Of a stretch of 64,000 nt of DNA, positions 1 to 9,342 are shown piece by piece. The position numbers were made by a program, and so were the translations under genes. The stretch is from positions 3,888-67,887 of the forward strand of contig CAZULK010000001.1 in NCBI GenBank assembly GCA_964621225.1, in the 5' to 3' direction. Every line of letters begins with the position of its first letter. Positions within the stretch are counted from its first letter, which is position 1. Below the pieces are notes generated by a model, which was not told the DNA's origin, did not search any database, and worked only from the letters and a program-made list of their open reading frames with translations. This stretch comes from an uncultured Melioribacteraceae bacterium (GTDB lineage Bacteria; Bacteroidota; Ignavibacteria; Ignavibacteriales; Melioribacteraceae).

Positions 1-2
1 GC

Positions 3-368
3 TATTATTCCCATCGTTTGGCTCCTTACGGGGATCAACAATATTATGAAATGATTGGGAAATATCAGCAGTTTAATCCGGGCTGGGACGATTTTGGTGA
101 TGAACATACTCCTTATACATACGGGGATCCGTTAACAGAGAGATATTTGTTTTATTCAGGATTGCGTGGAAGCGCAAATCATTACTATGATATTGCAGGC
201 GCAGCAGTAATTGTAGTAATTGTAAATCATATTATTTCTGCAGTGGATGCGGCTTGGACAACAGCAAAGTATAACAAATCTCTTGAAACTAATGTATCTT
301 TGCAGAAACAATATATAGGTTCTTTTGTTCATTATTATCCGGAAATAAATTTTAAGATAAATTTTTAA
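3..368 (+). CDS. C-terminal fragment of a hypothetical membrane-associated protein (gene probably starts left of the window; DUF5683-like is only a guess)
   Basis: No stop codon in this frame between position 3 and the listed TTG at 18, so the ORF is open to the window edge. Hydrophobic helix AAVIVVIVNHIISAVDAAW. Stop lies 1 nt before der. Confidence 0.5.
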   Translation, partial: YYSHRLAPYGDQQYYEMIGKYQQFNPGWDDFGDEHTPYTYGDPLTERYLFYSGLRGSANHYYDIAGAAVIVVIVNHIISAVDAAWTTAKYNKSLETNVSLQKQYIGSFVHYYPEINFKINF

Positions 369-369
369 T

Positions 370-1683
370 ATGAAATTACCATTAGTTTGCATAGTCGGTA
401 GACCCAACGTAGGCAAGTCTACCTTGTTTAATAGATTAACCAAATCCAAGTCCTCCATTGTGGATGATTTCAGCGGTGTTACGCGCGATAGATTATACGG
501 CGAAGCCGAATGGAACGATAGAAGGTTTCAAGTAATTGATACCGGGGGATACGTTCCCGATTCGGAGGAGTTGTTTGATACTGCAATTCGAAATCAGATT
601 GATATGGCAGTTGCTGAATCCGATGCCATACTTTTTATGGTAGATGGAAGAACCGGAGTCTCTCCGATTGACGAGGAAGTAGCGCGGAAGTTACATCAAG
701 CTGAAAAACCGGTTTTCGTTTTGGTTAATAAAACCGATAATCCCGACATGGGATTAATGGCTTCAGAGTTTTATTCTTTGGGCTTAGAAAAGGTGTATGA
801 TATTTCAGCATTGAACGGACGGAATCTCGGCGATCTGCTGGACGATGTAATTGATATTCTTCCCGATGTTGATTCCGAAGCAAAAGAAGATCCACGATTG
901 AGAATAGCTATTGTGGGAAAACCCAATGTAGGGAAATCATCATTAACAAATGCACTTTTGGGTTTTGATAGGAGTATTGTTACCGATATTCCGGGAACCA
1001 CAAGGGATAGCATCGATTCTGTATTAAAATATTACGGCGAAGAGATTGTTTTGGTTGATACGGCCGGTTTGAGGAAAAAGAAAAAAGTAAAGGAAAATAT
1101 TGAGTTTTTTTCCACTGTTCGCACCCTTAGAGCATTGGCTGATTCCGACGTGGCAATCATTATGATAGATGCCCAAACCGGCGTTGAAAAACAGGATATG
1201 AAAATTATTGACGAGGCAATCCGCAGAAGAAAGGGGATGATATTAGCTATCAATAAATGGGATACAATCGAAAAAGATTCGAATACGGCTCATAAATATG
1301 AAGAGGAAGTAAGAGATAAACTAAGCCAGTTGGATTATGTCCCATTGATATTTATTTCGGCAAAGACAAAACAAAGAATATATAAACTGATAGACCTTGC
1401 CAAAGCCGTTGCGGATGAGAGAAAGAAAAAAATTGAAACTGCAGTTTTGAATGAAATACTTTTACCCGAATTTCAAAGGGTTACACCACCAGCAACACCG
1501 ACCGGAAAAGAAGTAAAAATAAAATATATTACCCAAGTAGGTGAGAAGTATCCGATCTTTTTGATGTTCGCGAATAATTCAAAACATATACCGGATTCAT
1601 ACAAGCGGTTTGCCGAAAGAACAATTCGTTCGCATTTTGGGTTTTCCGGTGTCCCGATGACAATTAGTTTTCGTGATAAATAA
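370..1683 (+). CDS. der: Ribosome-associated GTPase Der/EngA (two tandem GTPase domains plus KH-like C-terminus)
   Basis: Two P-loops GRPNVGKST and GKPNVGKSS, DTGG and DTAG switch motifs, NKTD and NKWD specificity motifs, 437 aa. Confidence 0.97.
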   Translation: MKLPLVCIVGRPNVGKSTLFNRLTKSKSSIVDDFSGVTRDRLYGEAEWNDRRFQVIDTGGYVPDSEELFDTAIRNQIDMAVAESDAILFMVDGRTGVSPIDEEVARKLHQAEKPVFVLVNKTDNPDMGLMASEFYSLGLEKVYDISALNGRNLGDLLDDVIDILPDVDSEAKEDPRLRIAIVGKPNVGKSSLTNALLGFDRSIVTDIPGTTRDSIDSVLKYYGEEIVLVDTAGLRKKKKVKENIEFFSTVRTLRALADSDVAIIMIDAQTGVEKQDMKIIDEAIRRRKGMILAINKWDTIEKDSNTAHKYEEEVRDKLSQLDYVPLIFISAKTKQRIYKLIDLAKAVADERKKKIETAVLNEILLPEFQRVTPPATPTGKEVKIKYITQVGEKYPIFLMFANNSKHIPDSYKRFAERTIRSHFGFSGVPMTISFRDK

Positions 1684-1747
1684 ACTTTTTCAGCAAAATA
1701 TTATATAATCCCCATTTTCTTATATTTGTAGAAAAAATTTTACGTCT

Positions 1748-3103
1748 TTGTATAATAAAATAAAAAATATTGTTGTTGTGGGAGGTAATGCAGCCGGACC
1801 GGCTGCTGCCGCAAAGGCCAAGCGCACAAATCCCGATTGCGAAGTCATTCTATTCGAAGCATCACCTTTTATTTCCACCGGTACGTGTGAACTTCCTTAT
1901 GTCCTTTCCGGTGAGGTTGAAGATGTTAATTCAATAGTTTTTTTCGATGAGAAATCATTCGAAGAAAAAAAAGGAGTGAAAGTTTTCACACAACACAAAG
2001 TGCTTTCAATAAATAGATATGATAGAAGAATATTGGTGGAAGACCTCAAAACTTCTTCTCAAAAATCATTTGAATATGATAAATTAATTTTAACTACCGG
2101 ATCGCTTGCCAGAAAAATTCCTGAACTGAATAAAAATTTGAAAAATGTATTTAATTTGAAATCAGTTGGTGATTACCTAAAAATAAAGGATTTTCTTAAT
2201 AAAAATTCTCTCAAGTCATTGGCAATAATCGGTTCAGGTTATATTGGGTTGGAAGCTGCAGAAGCATTTTCAAAACTTGGTTTTGATGTAACTTTATTCG
2301 ATATTGAATCATTACCGCTACCAGGCGCAGAGCCGGAAATAAGGAATTTGATATTCGAGAGAATAAATAAAGAAGTAAATTTTATCGGTGGCCAGAAGTT
2401 ACGTTATAATATTGAAAATGACCGTTGTAAATCGATAACAGCCGGAAGTGAATTGATTGATACGGATATTGTATTAGTATCCATAGGAGTAAAGCCTAAT
2501 ACTTCTTTAGCAATTGATGCGGGCTTAAAAGTAGGTGATTCGGGAGGAATTAAAGTAAATAATAAGCTCCAAACCAGTGATCCGGATATTTACGCAGCGG
2601 GAGATAACATAGAAATTAAATTTGCAATAGCAAACAAGCATGGTCTGCTTCCTATTGCTACACTGGCAAGGGATTTCGGTCATATAGCCGGTGCTAATGC
2701 TGCTGGAAGAAATGAATTTGTAAAACCTGTGCTGAAAAATATTGCAGTAAAAATATTTGATGATATTTATTCATCTGTTGGGTTGACAGAAGCGGAAGCG
2801 AAAAGTTCTCCGTTCGCTATTGATTCTGTGGTGGGAATCGCATATAATAAAGTTCATGTAATGCCGGAGAGTAGAAAAGTATTCGGAAAACTTGTATACG
2901 AAAAAAGAACCGGAAGGATTTTAGGTGGTTCTTTTTTAGGTGGGGAAGAAGTAACAGGATATTCTAATTTATTAAGCGGATTTATAAAATTAAACGGAAG
3001 TATTTCGCAATTGGCTGAAACTAATTTCAACTATACTCCTCCCGCATCTCCGTTTATAAATATATTAACAATTTTAGCTAAAAAGGCTTTGAGGAAATTA
3101 TGA
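1748..3103 (+). CDS. FAD-dependent pyridine nucleotide-disulfide oxidoreductase, CoA-disulfide reductase / NADH oxidase family
   Basis: N-terminal VVVGGNAAGPAAA dinucleotide fold, single redox Cys in STGTCELPY (CoADR/Nox-type), second GSGYIGLE fold, AAGD motif. TTG start. Confidence 0.8.
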   Translation: MYNKIKNIVVVGGNAAGPAAAAKAKRTNPDCEVILFEASPFISTGTCELPYVLSGEVEDVNSIVFFDEKSFEEKKGVKVFTQHKVLSINRYDRRILVEDLKTSSQKSFEYDKLILTTGSLARKIPELNKNLKNVFNLKSVGDYLKIKDFLNKNSLKSLAIIGSGYIGLEAAEAFSKLGFDVTLFDIESLPLPGAEPEIRNLIFERINKEVNFIGGQKLRYNIENDRCKSITAGSELIDTDIVLVSIGVKPNTSLAIDAGLKVGDSGGIKVNNKLQTSDPDIYAAGDNIEIKFAIANKHGLLPIATLARDFGHIAGANAAGRNEFVKPVLKNIAVKIFDDIYSSVGLTEAEAKSSPFAIDSVVGIAYNKVHVMPESRKVFGKLVYEKRTGRILGGSFLGGEEVTGYSNLLSGFIKLNGSISQLAETNFNYTPPASPFINILTILAKKALRKL

Positions 3104-3726
3104 AAAACTTAACGGTAGTCGAAAATCCTTTGATAAAAAGGGATATTACTTATCTTAGAGATAAAGATACAAAGGAATACCAATTCCGGCTTGCGCTCAG
3201 AAGAATAGCATACTCTTTGGCAATAGAAATCAGCAAAACTTTCAAGTTGAGGGAAGTTGAAGTCGAAAGTCCTTTGGAAGTGACAAAAGGATATAGAATT
3301 GCTCATCAGATTGTACTGGTACCCGTTTTAAGAGCCGGGTTAAGTTTGGTGAATTCTTTCGTTGAAATGATTCCCAATGCAAAAGTTGGGCACATCGGCT
3401 TAAAAAGAGATGAAGAAACTTTGGAACCCATTGAATATTATTATAAAACTCCGAAAGATCTCAATATATCCAAAGTTATTATTCTCGATCCGATGTTGGC
3501 TACCGGGGGAAGTGCTTCTGCTGCATGTACATTTTTAAAGGATAGGGGAGCGAACGATATAGTTTTTGCCGGTCTCATTGCAGCACCGGAAGGCGTGGAA
3601 AAATTGAGTGGTGATCATCCCGATGTTCCCATTTTCATTGCATCACTTGATAGACAATTAAATGAGAAAGGTTATATATTACCAGGGTTGGGCGACGCAG
3701 GAGACAGAACATTTGGTACGCTTTAA
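3100..3726 (+). CDS. upp: Uracil phosphoribosyltransferase
   Basis: PRPP-binding loop ILDPMLATGGS and C-terminal YILPGLGDAGDRTFGT, 208 aa. ATGA overlap with the upstream gene. Confidence 0.95.
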   Translation: MKNLTVVENPLIKRDITYLRDKDTKEYQFRLALRRIAYSLAIEISKTFKLREVEVESPLEVTKGYRIAHQIVLVPVLRAGLSLVNSFVEMIPNAKVGHIGLKRDEETLEPIEYYYKTPKDLNISKVIILDPMLATGGSASAACTFLKDRGANDIVFAGLIAAPEGVEKLSGDHPDVPIFIASLDRQLNEKGYILPGLGDAGDRTFGTL

Positions 3727-4741
3727 ATTCTTAATTCTCATTTTTCTTTTAATTGTCTCTTCCTTAAAGGCTCAATCTTATCCGGATAGCAATATAGATT
3801 ACTTGGTAAAGGCAGGTATTTGGAATATTTTGGTCAACAATTATTCCGAAGCTGAGAGGGATTTTACAATTCTGGAAAATTATTATCCTGATAATCCCCT
3901 TACATATCTCACGCTTGGAATTTTGGAAGTGGCTCGCAAAGGAGATGCAGACCATGAGTGGGATAAGGCAAAGCTTGAAAAGTATAAAGAACGAGCTAAT
4001 CATCTTGCCGATAGTCTGCTGGATCATGAGAGGAGCGATTGGAATTATTTCCTGAGTGGAGCATCATCAGGATTGGCAACTTTATCGAATTATTTATCCA
4101 AAGATTATTTTTCTCTCATTTTTGATGGATTATCTTCATTGGATAATTTTTCAGAATGTCTACGTTTGAATCCTAAATTTTATGCCGCAAATGTGGCTTT
4201 CGGGGCTTATAGATATTGGAAGAGTGATGCATTGCTTGCATACGATTGGTTGCCGTTTGTTTCCGATGAAAGGGAGCAAGGACGTAAACAATTGCTTGAG
4301 GGTGTTTCGGGATATTCCTATTTACAGAGCTTTGGAATGGAATCCCTAATTTGGATGTCAATTCACGAAAAAAAATATGAATTGGCAATTAAGTATGCGG
4401 AGAGCCAACTGAAAATTTATCCGGATTCAAGATTATTTCTTTGGGCTCTGGCTCATGCATTGCAAACAGATCACAAAAGAAAGGCTCTCGTTACATTTTA
4501 CAAAATACTAAATTTATTCGAGAAAGATTCGATAAGTAATAATGTGAAATTCATTCAAATAATGCATAAAACTGCAATGCTCCATCAAAGTTTAGGTGAA
4601 TTGGAGCAAGCGTTATCCAATTGTGAAAAAGCGCTGAGTGTTGAGAATTTGACATCCTACGAGGAAAGCCTTGTGAATGATAGACTCAAAAAATTGGAAC
4701 AAATGAAAAAAAATTTAGTCGAATTGTTGAAAAGAAAATAA
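3713..4741 (+). CDS. Secreted TPR-like repeat protein, function unknown
   Basis: Long ORF with signal-like N-terminus (FKFLILIFLLIVSSLKAQ) and helical-repeat composition. The ORF track starts at ATG 3662, but that overlaps upp by 65 nt. The in-frame TTG at 3713 just before the signal peptide is my preferred but uncertain start. Confidence 0.6.
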   Translation: MVRFKFLILIFLLIVSSLKAQSYPDSNIDYLVKAGIWNILVNNYSEAERDFTILENYYPDNPLTYLTLGILEVARKGDADHEWDKAKLEKYKERANHLADSLLDHERSDWNYFLSGASSGLATLSNYLSKDYFSLIFDGLSSLDNFSECLRLNPKFYAANVAFGAYRYWKSDALLAYDWLPFVSDEREQGRKQLLEGVSGYSYLQSFGMESLIWMSIHEKKYELAIKYAESQLKIYPDSRLFLWALAHALQTDHKRKALVTFYKILNLFEKDSISNNVKFIQIMHKTAMLHQSLGELEQALSNCEKALSVENLTSYEESLVNDRLKKLEQMKKNLVELLKRK

Positions 4742-4781
4742 TTTACCTTGATTTTCTAATTTTATTTCTCATTATTTAAGT

Positions 4782-6950
4782 ATGGCAAATATAGAGGTTG
4801 ATAGCGAAAAATTATTGAATGATCTTCTCGAAACATGCGAAAAGAATCTTAAAGTTGTTGATAAAGCACTGATTGAGAAGGCGTTCCGTCTAAGCTCCGA
4901 AGCACACAAAAATCACTTTCGTGCTTCCGGGGAGCCATACATTACCCATCCTATTGAAGTTGCGCATATCATTGCCAGAGAAATTCCCTTGGACGATGTC
5001 TCTGTGGTAGCTGCCTTGCTCCACGATGTTGTTGAAGACACTGATTACGATCTCGATTTTATCAAAAAAGAATTCGGAGATACAGTTGCAGAAATAGTTG
5101 ACGGTGTAACTAAAATCTCCGGAGTATTTAAAGGCCGCGATATAACCCAAGCGGAAAATTATAGAAAAATGCTCCTTTCGATGGTTAAAGATATAAGGGT
5201 TATTCTTGTAAAGTTTGCGGATCGTCTTCACAATATGCGTACTTTGGAGCATATGCCTATGGAAAAGCAGCGGCGAATAGCCAAGGAAACTTTGGAAATT
5301 TATGCTCCCTTCGTTCACAGATTCGGGCTGGGAAGAGTAAAGTGGGAATTGGAAGATTTGGCGTTCAAGTATTTAAACAGACAAGCATACGAAGAAATAG
5401 CTCAACAAATAAAAGATAAGCGAAATGAGAGGGAAGCATACATAGATAAGTTTGTGAAACCGATAAAAGCAAAATTGGACGAGCACGGTTTCAAATATGA
5501 GATGCGTGGCAGACCGAAGCATCTTTACAGTATTTACCGAAAGATGATAAAGCGGAATACCACTTTAGATCAAATTTACGACCTCTTCGCTATTAGAATA
5601 ATTTTGGAAGAAAATGATCCGCATAAATGTTTCTATGTTTTGGGGATAGTAAATGAAATTTATAAACCAATTCCGGATAGATTGAAGGATTATATCTCGA
5701 TTCCCAAAAAAAATAATTATCAGTCGTTGCATACTACCGTTGTTGGACCTGACGGAAGACTGGTTGAAGTTCAAATAAGAACCAGGGCAATGGATGAAGT
5801 AGCTGAAAAAGGTGTTGCGGCTCATTGGAGATACAAAGAAGGGAATGTGGATAAGGATAGGGAAATTGAAGATTGGGTAAACTGGGTGCGGGATATTTTT
5901 GAAACCACTGAAAAGGATGAAGCTACCAAAGAGTTAATGGATTCATTCAAACTGAATCTATATCAAGATGAAATTTATGTTTTTACTCCTGACGGCGATT
6001 TATTACGTCTTCCGATAAAATCAACTCCGGTCGATTTTGCATTCCAAATACACACTAAAGTCGGATATCATTGTATCGGAGCAAAGGTAAATGGAAAGAT
6101 TGTTCCTTTGAATACCGAACTTCATTCCGGGGATCAGGTGCAGATTTTAACTTCCAAAAATCAACATCCAAATCCCAGTTGGCTGGAATTCATTCAAACA
6201 CACAAAGCAAAGGAAAATGTCCGGAAATACATCAACAAAGAAGAAGAAAAATTAGCCGAGGAAGGAAAGGAAAAGTGGGAGAAAAAAATAAAGAAATTGA
6301 AACTTTCCTTCTCCAACGACGATGTAATAAAATTAGCAGTAAAATTAAAATTCGATAATTCGAAAGAGTTTTTCAAGGCAATTGCCAGGGAGCAAATTGA
6401 CATTGATCAAATTCTGAATCCGGAGTTTGAAAAGGAAACGGATGAAAACAAAGGTGATCTGGAATTTGATAAATTTGTAACTACGGCAAGAGCCTCGGTT
6501 GGAGGAATAGTTGTTGAAGGGGAGCATAAAGGAATTGAATACCATTATGCAAAATGTTGCAATCCTATTCCCGGTGATCCCATAGTAGGATTTATAACCA
6601 TCGGAGAAGGGATTAAAATTCATAGAAAAGATTGCAACAATCTTTTAAAAATGATAGAAAACAAAAATGACCGTTTGGTGCCCGTGGCATGGCCTTCAGT
6701 GGAAGGTAAATTATTCGTTGCCGGAATTAAAATAAGAGGGGAAGATAAACCAGGAATATTGAACGATATCTCCAATTCCATTACAAATTACAAATCGACA
6801 AATATTAAATCGGTTAATATTTTCTCTCACGATTCAATATTCGAAGGATCAATTGCGGTATATGTTTCGGATTTAGGGCATTTAAACAGATTGATAGAGC
6901 GGTTAAAAAATTCACCCGGTGTCTTTAGTGTGGAGAGGTTCCAGCCGTAA
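4782..6950 (+). CDS. rel: Bifunctional (p)ppGpp synthetase/hydrolase, RelA/SpoT homolog (HD, synthetase, TGS, ACT domains)
   Basis: HD hydrolase motif HDVVEDT, RelA_SpoT synthetase region (YRSLHT-like YQSLHTTV, EVQIRT), TGS segment IYVFTPDGDLLRLP, C-terminal ACT-like domain, 722 aa. Confidence 0.95.
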   Translation: MANIEVDSEKLLNDLLETCEKNLKVVDKALIEKAFRLSSEAHKNHFRASGEPYITHPIEVAHIIAREIPLDDVSVVAALLHDVVEDTDYDLDFIKKEFGDTVAEIVDGVTKISGVFKGRDITQAENYRKMLLSMVKDIRVILVKFADRLHNMRTLEHMPMEKQRRIAKETLEIYAPFVHRFGLGRVKWELEDLAFKYLNRQAYEEIAQQIKDKRNEREAYIDKFVKPIKAKLDEHGFKYEMRGRPKHLYSIYRKMIKRNTTLDQIYDLFAIRIILEENDPHKCFYVLGIVNEIYKPIPDRLKDYISIPKKNNYQSLHTTVVGPDGRLVEVQIRTRAMDEVAEKGVAAHWRYKEGNVDKDREIEDWVNWVRDIFETTEKDEATKELMDSFKLNLYQDEIYVFTPDGDLLRLPIKSTPVDFAFQIHTKVGYHCIGAKVNGKIVPLNTELHSGDQVQILTSKNQHPNPSWLEFIQTHKAKENVRKYINKEEEKLAEEGKEKWEKKIKKLKLSFSNDDVIKLAVKLKFDNSKEFFKAIAREQIDIDQILNPEFEKETDENKGDLEFDKFVTTARASVGGIVVEGEHKGIEYHYAKCCNPIPGDPIVGFITIGEGIKIHRKDCNNLLKMIENKNDRLVPVAWPSVEGKLFVAGIKIRGEDKPGILNDISNSITNYKSTNIKSVNIFSHDSIFEGSIAVYVSDLGHLNRLIERLKNSPGVFSVERFQP

Positions 6951-7369
6951 TGGAAAAAAGAATTTTGGCAATTGATTATGGAGCAAGACGGGTTGGAATT
7001 GCCGTAAGTGATCCGATGAATATATTTGCTATTCCACTTGAAACTTTGGATAATGATCAAAAATTATTCAAAAACATTTTATCGATAATTGAAGAAAAAA
7101 ATATCGGACGGATCATAATCGGCTATCCTCTAAAAGAAAGCGGGGAAAGATCCGGCAGTACGGAATTGGTAGAAAAATTCAGAGAAGAATTGGAAAGAAA
7201 AACTGATTTGCCGATTGAATATATTGATGAAAGATATTCCAGCGAAATTGCTAAGGATCATATTATTCAGTCAATTCCCTCCAAGAAAAAAAGGAGAAAT
7301 AAAAAAAATGTAGATATGCGGGCGGCGGCAGTTTTTCTGACGGATTACTTAAACTCGGTGAAAAAATGA
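6950..7369 (+). CDS. ruvX: Putative pre-16S rRNA nuclease / Holliday junction resolvase-like YqgF
   Basis: ILAIDYGARRVGIAVSD N-terminus typical of YqgF/RuvX, 139 aa. Start overlaps the rel stop. Confidence 0.9.
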   Translation: MEKRILAIDYGARRVGIAVSDPMNIFAIPLETLDNDQKLFKNILSIIEEKNIGRIIIGYPLKESGERSGSTELVEKFREELERKTDLPIEYIDERYSSEIAKDHIIQSIPSKKKRRNKKNVDMRAAAVFLTDYLNSVKK

Positions 7370-7392
7370 TAATATTTTTTCAAAGAATTAAA

Positions 7393-7421
7393 TTGACATT
7401 CATATCTATAAAGATTATTTT
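7393..7421 (+). promoter_or_regulatory. Candidate sigma70-like promoter for the BMC shell gene pair (TTGACA-17 nt-TATTTT)
   Basis: TTGACA at 7393-7398, 17-nt spacer, TATTTT at 7416-7421, about 35 nt upstream of a GGGAG RBS and ATG 7457. Promoter rules for this lineage are not established. Confidence 0.3.
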
Positions 7422-7456
7422 CGAATAGAATTTTCACTAAATTTGGGAGCAATTAT

Positions 7457-7735
7457 ATGACTTTAGACGCTTTAGGAATGATTGAAACCAAAGGTTTGGT
7501 TGGTTCTATAGAAGCTGCAGATGCAATGGTTAAAGCAGCTAAAGTGGAACTTCTTGGAAAAGAAACAATTGGTGGCGGATATGTAACCGTTATGGTTCGT
7601 GGTGATGTGGGAGCAGTTAAGGCTGCTACAGATGCCGGTGCTGCCGCAGCTCAAAGAGTTGGCGAATTGGTTTCTGTTCACGTGATTCCGCGTCCTCACA
7701 GCGATGTTGAATTAATTTTACCTAAAAGGAAATAA
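7457..7735 (+). CDS. Bacterial microcompartment shell protein, BMC-H (single Pfam00936-type domain)
   Basis: [27 protein letters not shown]...[23 protein letters not shown]...VHVIPRP matches the PduA/EutM/CcmK hexamer signature, 92 aa. Confidence 0.92.
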   Translation: MTLDALGMIETKGLVGSIEAADAMVKAAKVELLGKETIGGGYVTVMVRGDVGAVKAATDAGAAAAQRVGELVSVHVIPRPHSDVELILPKRK

Positions 7736-7748
7736 CCATTTCTGAAAT

Positions 7749-8375
7749 ATGAAATTTGCATTAGGTCTTATAGAAACCAAGGGTTTGGTGGGAGCCATCG
7801 AAGCTGCGGATGCTATGGTTAAAGCAGCACAAGTTAAATTGGTAGCCAAGGAAATTGTAACCGGAGCACTCGTTAATGTACGCGTTGAAGGTGAAGTGGC
7901 TGCAGTAAAATCTGCTGTGGATGCCGGTGCGGCGGCGGCTCAAAGAGTCGGTCAATTGGTTTCTGCCCATGTAATTCCTCGACCCGATGATCAACTGGAT
8001 GGTATGTTATCCAGAGTTGAACAGGAGAAGGAGGTAAAATCAAAAACTCCTTCCAAAGTCAAAGAGGAAGAAGAAATAGTTGTTGAACCGGCTGAACCGG
8101 AAGTATTTATTATTCAGTCCGATGTTATTGATGCTAAGGTTGAAGCCGAAGATGACGAATTGAAAGAAGAGGATTTAGTTGATGATAAAACCGAAGAAGA
8201 TGAAGAGCAATCTTTGTTCGATTCGGATATTCCTACAACCGAAGAACTTCAAAAACTCAACGTTCATCAATTACGTCATTTGGCAAGAAGTTACGACAAT
8301 TTCCCGATTAAAGGAAGGGAAATATCGAAAGCTAACCGCCAAACATTGATCGACTATTTCAACAAAATGAGATAA
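7749..8375 (+). CDS. BMC-H shell protein with long acidic linker and C-terminal HeH (Rho_N/SAP-like) domain
   Basis: Residues 1-80 are a BMC domain ([25 protein letters not shown]...AHVIPRP). Residues ~81-160 are E/D/K-rich. Residues ~163-206 (EELQKLNVHQLRHLARSYDNFPIKGREISKANRQTLIDYF) resemble the helix-extended-helix Rho N-terminal motif. Confidence 0.85.
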   Translation: MKFALGLIETKGLVGAIEAADAMVKAAQVKLVAKEIVTGALVNVRVEGEVAAVKSAVDAGAAAAQRVGQLVSAHVIPRPDDQLDGMLSRVEQEKEVKSKTPSKVKEEEEIVVEPAEPEVFIIQSDVIDAKVEAEDDELKEEDLVDDKTEEDEEQSLFDSDIPTTEELQKLNVHQLRHLARSYDNFPIKGREISKANRQTLIDYFNKMR

Positions 8376-8393
8376 ACAAAAATTTAATCCCTA

Positions 8394-8419
8394 AACCCCA
8401 CTTTCCGTGGGGTTTTTTT
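8394..8419 (+). terminator. Rho-independent terminator after the BMC pair
   Basis: AACCCCAC / GTGGGGTT 8-bp stem with 5-nt loop followed by a T-run (8413-8419). Confidence 0.85.
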
Positions 8420-8423
8420 ATAT

Positions 8424-9341
8424 TTGAACATGAAAAAGAAATTTTTAACCATTTCGATGTTTGCTGTCCTCTCAATTTTGTTGTGGATTTTCGTATCTCT
8501 TTCGAACGAATATTTCACAACATTCTCTGTGCCAATCAAATATATAAATGTACCTGAAGGGTACTTGGTAACTAATAGTTCAGCCGACGACATTGCACTG
8601 AGTATTAAAGGGAATGGATGGTCATTAGCTCAAATCTCCTTTGGTAGGGAAGCATCCTTCTTGATTGATGTTAAAGGGGAGTTGGGAAAGCAAACTGCAT
8701 TAATACGAAATCAAATGAACAATAATTCCTGGATCAGTTCAAATTTACAGCTGATTGAAATCACTCCCAATATTGTTTCCTTCAATGTGGAAAAATTATT
8801 TGAAAAAAAGGTATCGGTAGAACCAAAATTTAAGTTCTCCGTTGCGGACGGTTACGGATTAGTTTCCAAATTAACAATGGAACCTGACTCGGTTGAAATA
8901 TCCGGATCAAAAAACAGTTTGAATAAAATTTCTGTAATAAGAACTATAGAAAAAGATTTTGGCAAATTAAATGCTTCTCTCCAAACATTTATTGATCTTC
9001 AAAAAATTAAGGATATTCATGCTACGCCTTCCAAGGTAAAAATTAATATTGATATCGAAAAGATAGTAGATAAAACAATAGAGAATATTGAGGTAAAAAC
9101 AATCAATGTTCCCAAACGGCAAACTCTGGAAATAATTCCGACAAAAATAAAAATTGTGCTGCGAGGGGGATTGAATAAACTTGCTTTGATAACGGAAAAA
9201 GATTTACAAGCTTTTGCTGATTTTAATGATGCAATCAGAGATACTTTGGGAACTATAGAACCCAAGATTATTCCTCCGGAATATATGGAGGTATTGGACG
9301 TTACACCGAAAAAATTAAAATATATAATTAAAAAGTATTGA
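8424..9341 (+). CDS. YbbR-like domain-containing membrane-anchored protein
   Basis: N-terminal TM helix followed by repeated YbbR-type segments (FSVPIKYINVPEGYLV..., VSVEPKFKFSVADGYGLV...), 305 aa. Confidence 0.6.
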   Translation: MNMKKKFLTISMFAVLSILLWIFVSLSNEYFTTFSVPIKYINVPEGYLVTNSSADDIALSIKGNGWSLAQISFGREASFLIDVKGELGKQTALIRNQMNNNSWISSNLQLIEITPNIVSFNVEKLFEKKVSVEPKFKFSVADGYGLVSKLTMEPDSVEISGSKNSLNKISVIRTIEKDFGKLNASLQTFIDLQKIKDIHATPSKVKINIDIEKIVDKTIENIEVKTINVPKRQTLEIIPTKIKIVLRGGLNKLALITEKDLQAFADFNDAIRDTLGTIEPKIIPPEYMEVLDVTPKKLKYIIKKY

Positions 9342-9342
9342 T

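Noticed and set aside
6071-6403. Alternative-frame and antisense ORFs (95 aa, 69 aa) within the rel gene
   Set aside because: They coincide with the Lys/Glu-rich linker of Rel, where purine-rich repeats keep other frames open. There is no independent start context.
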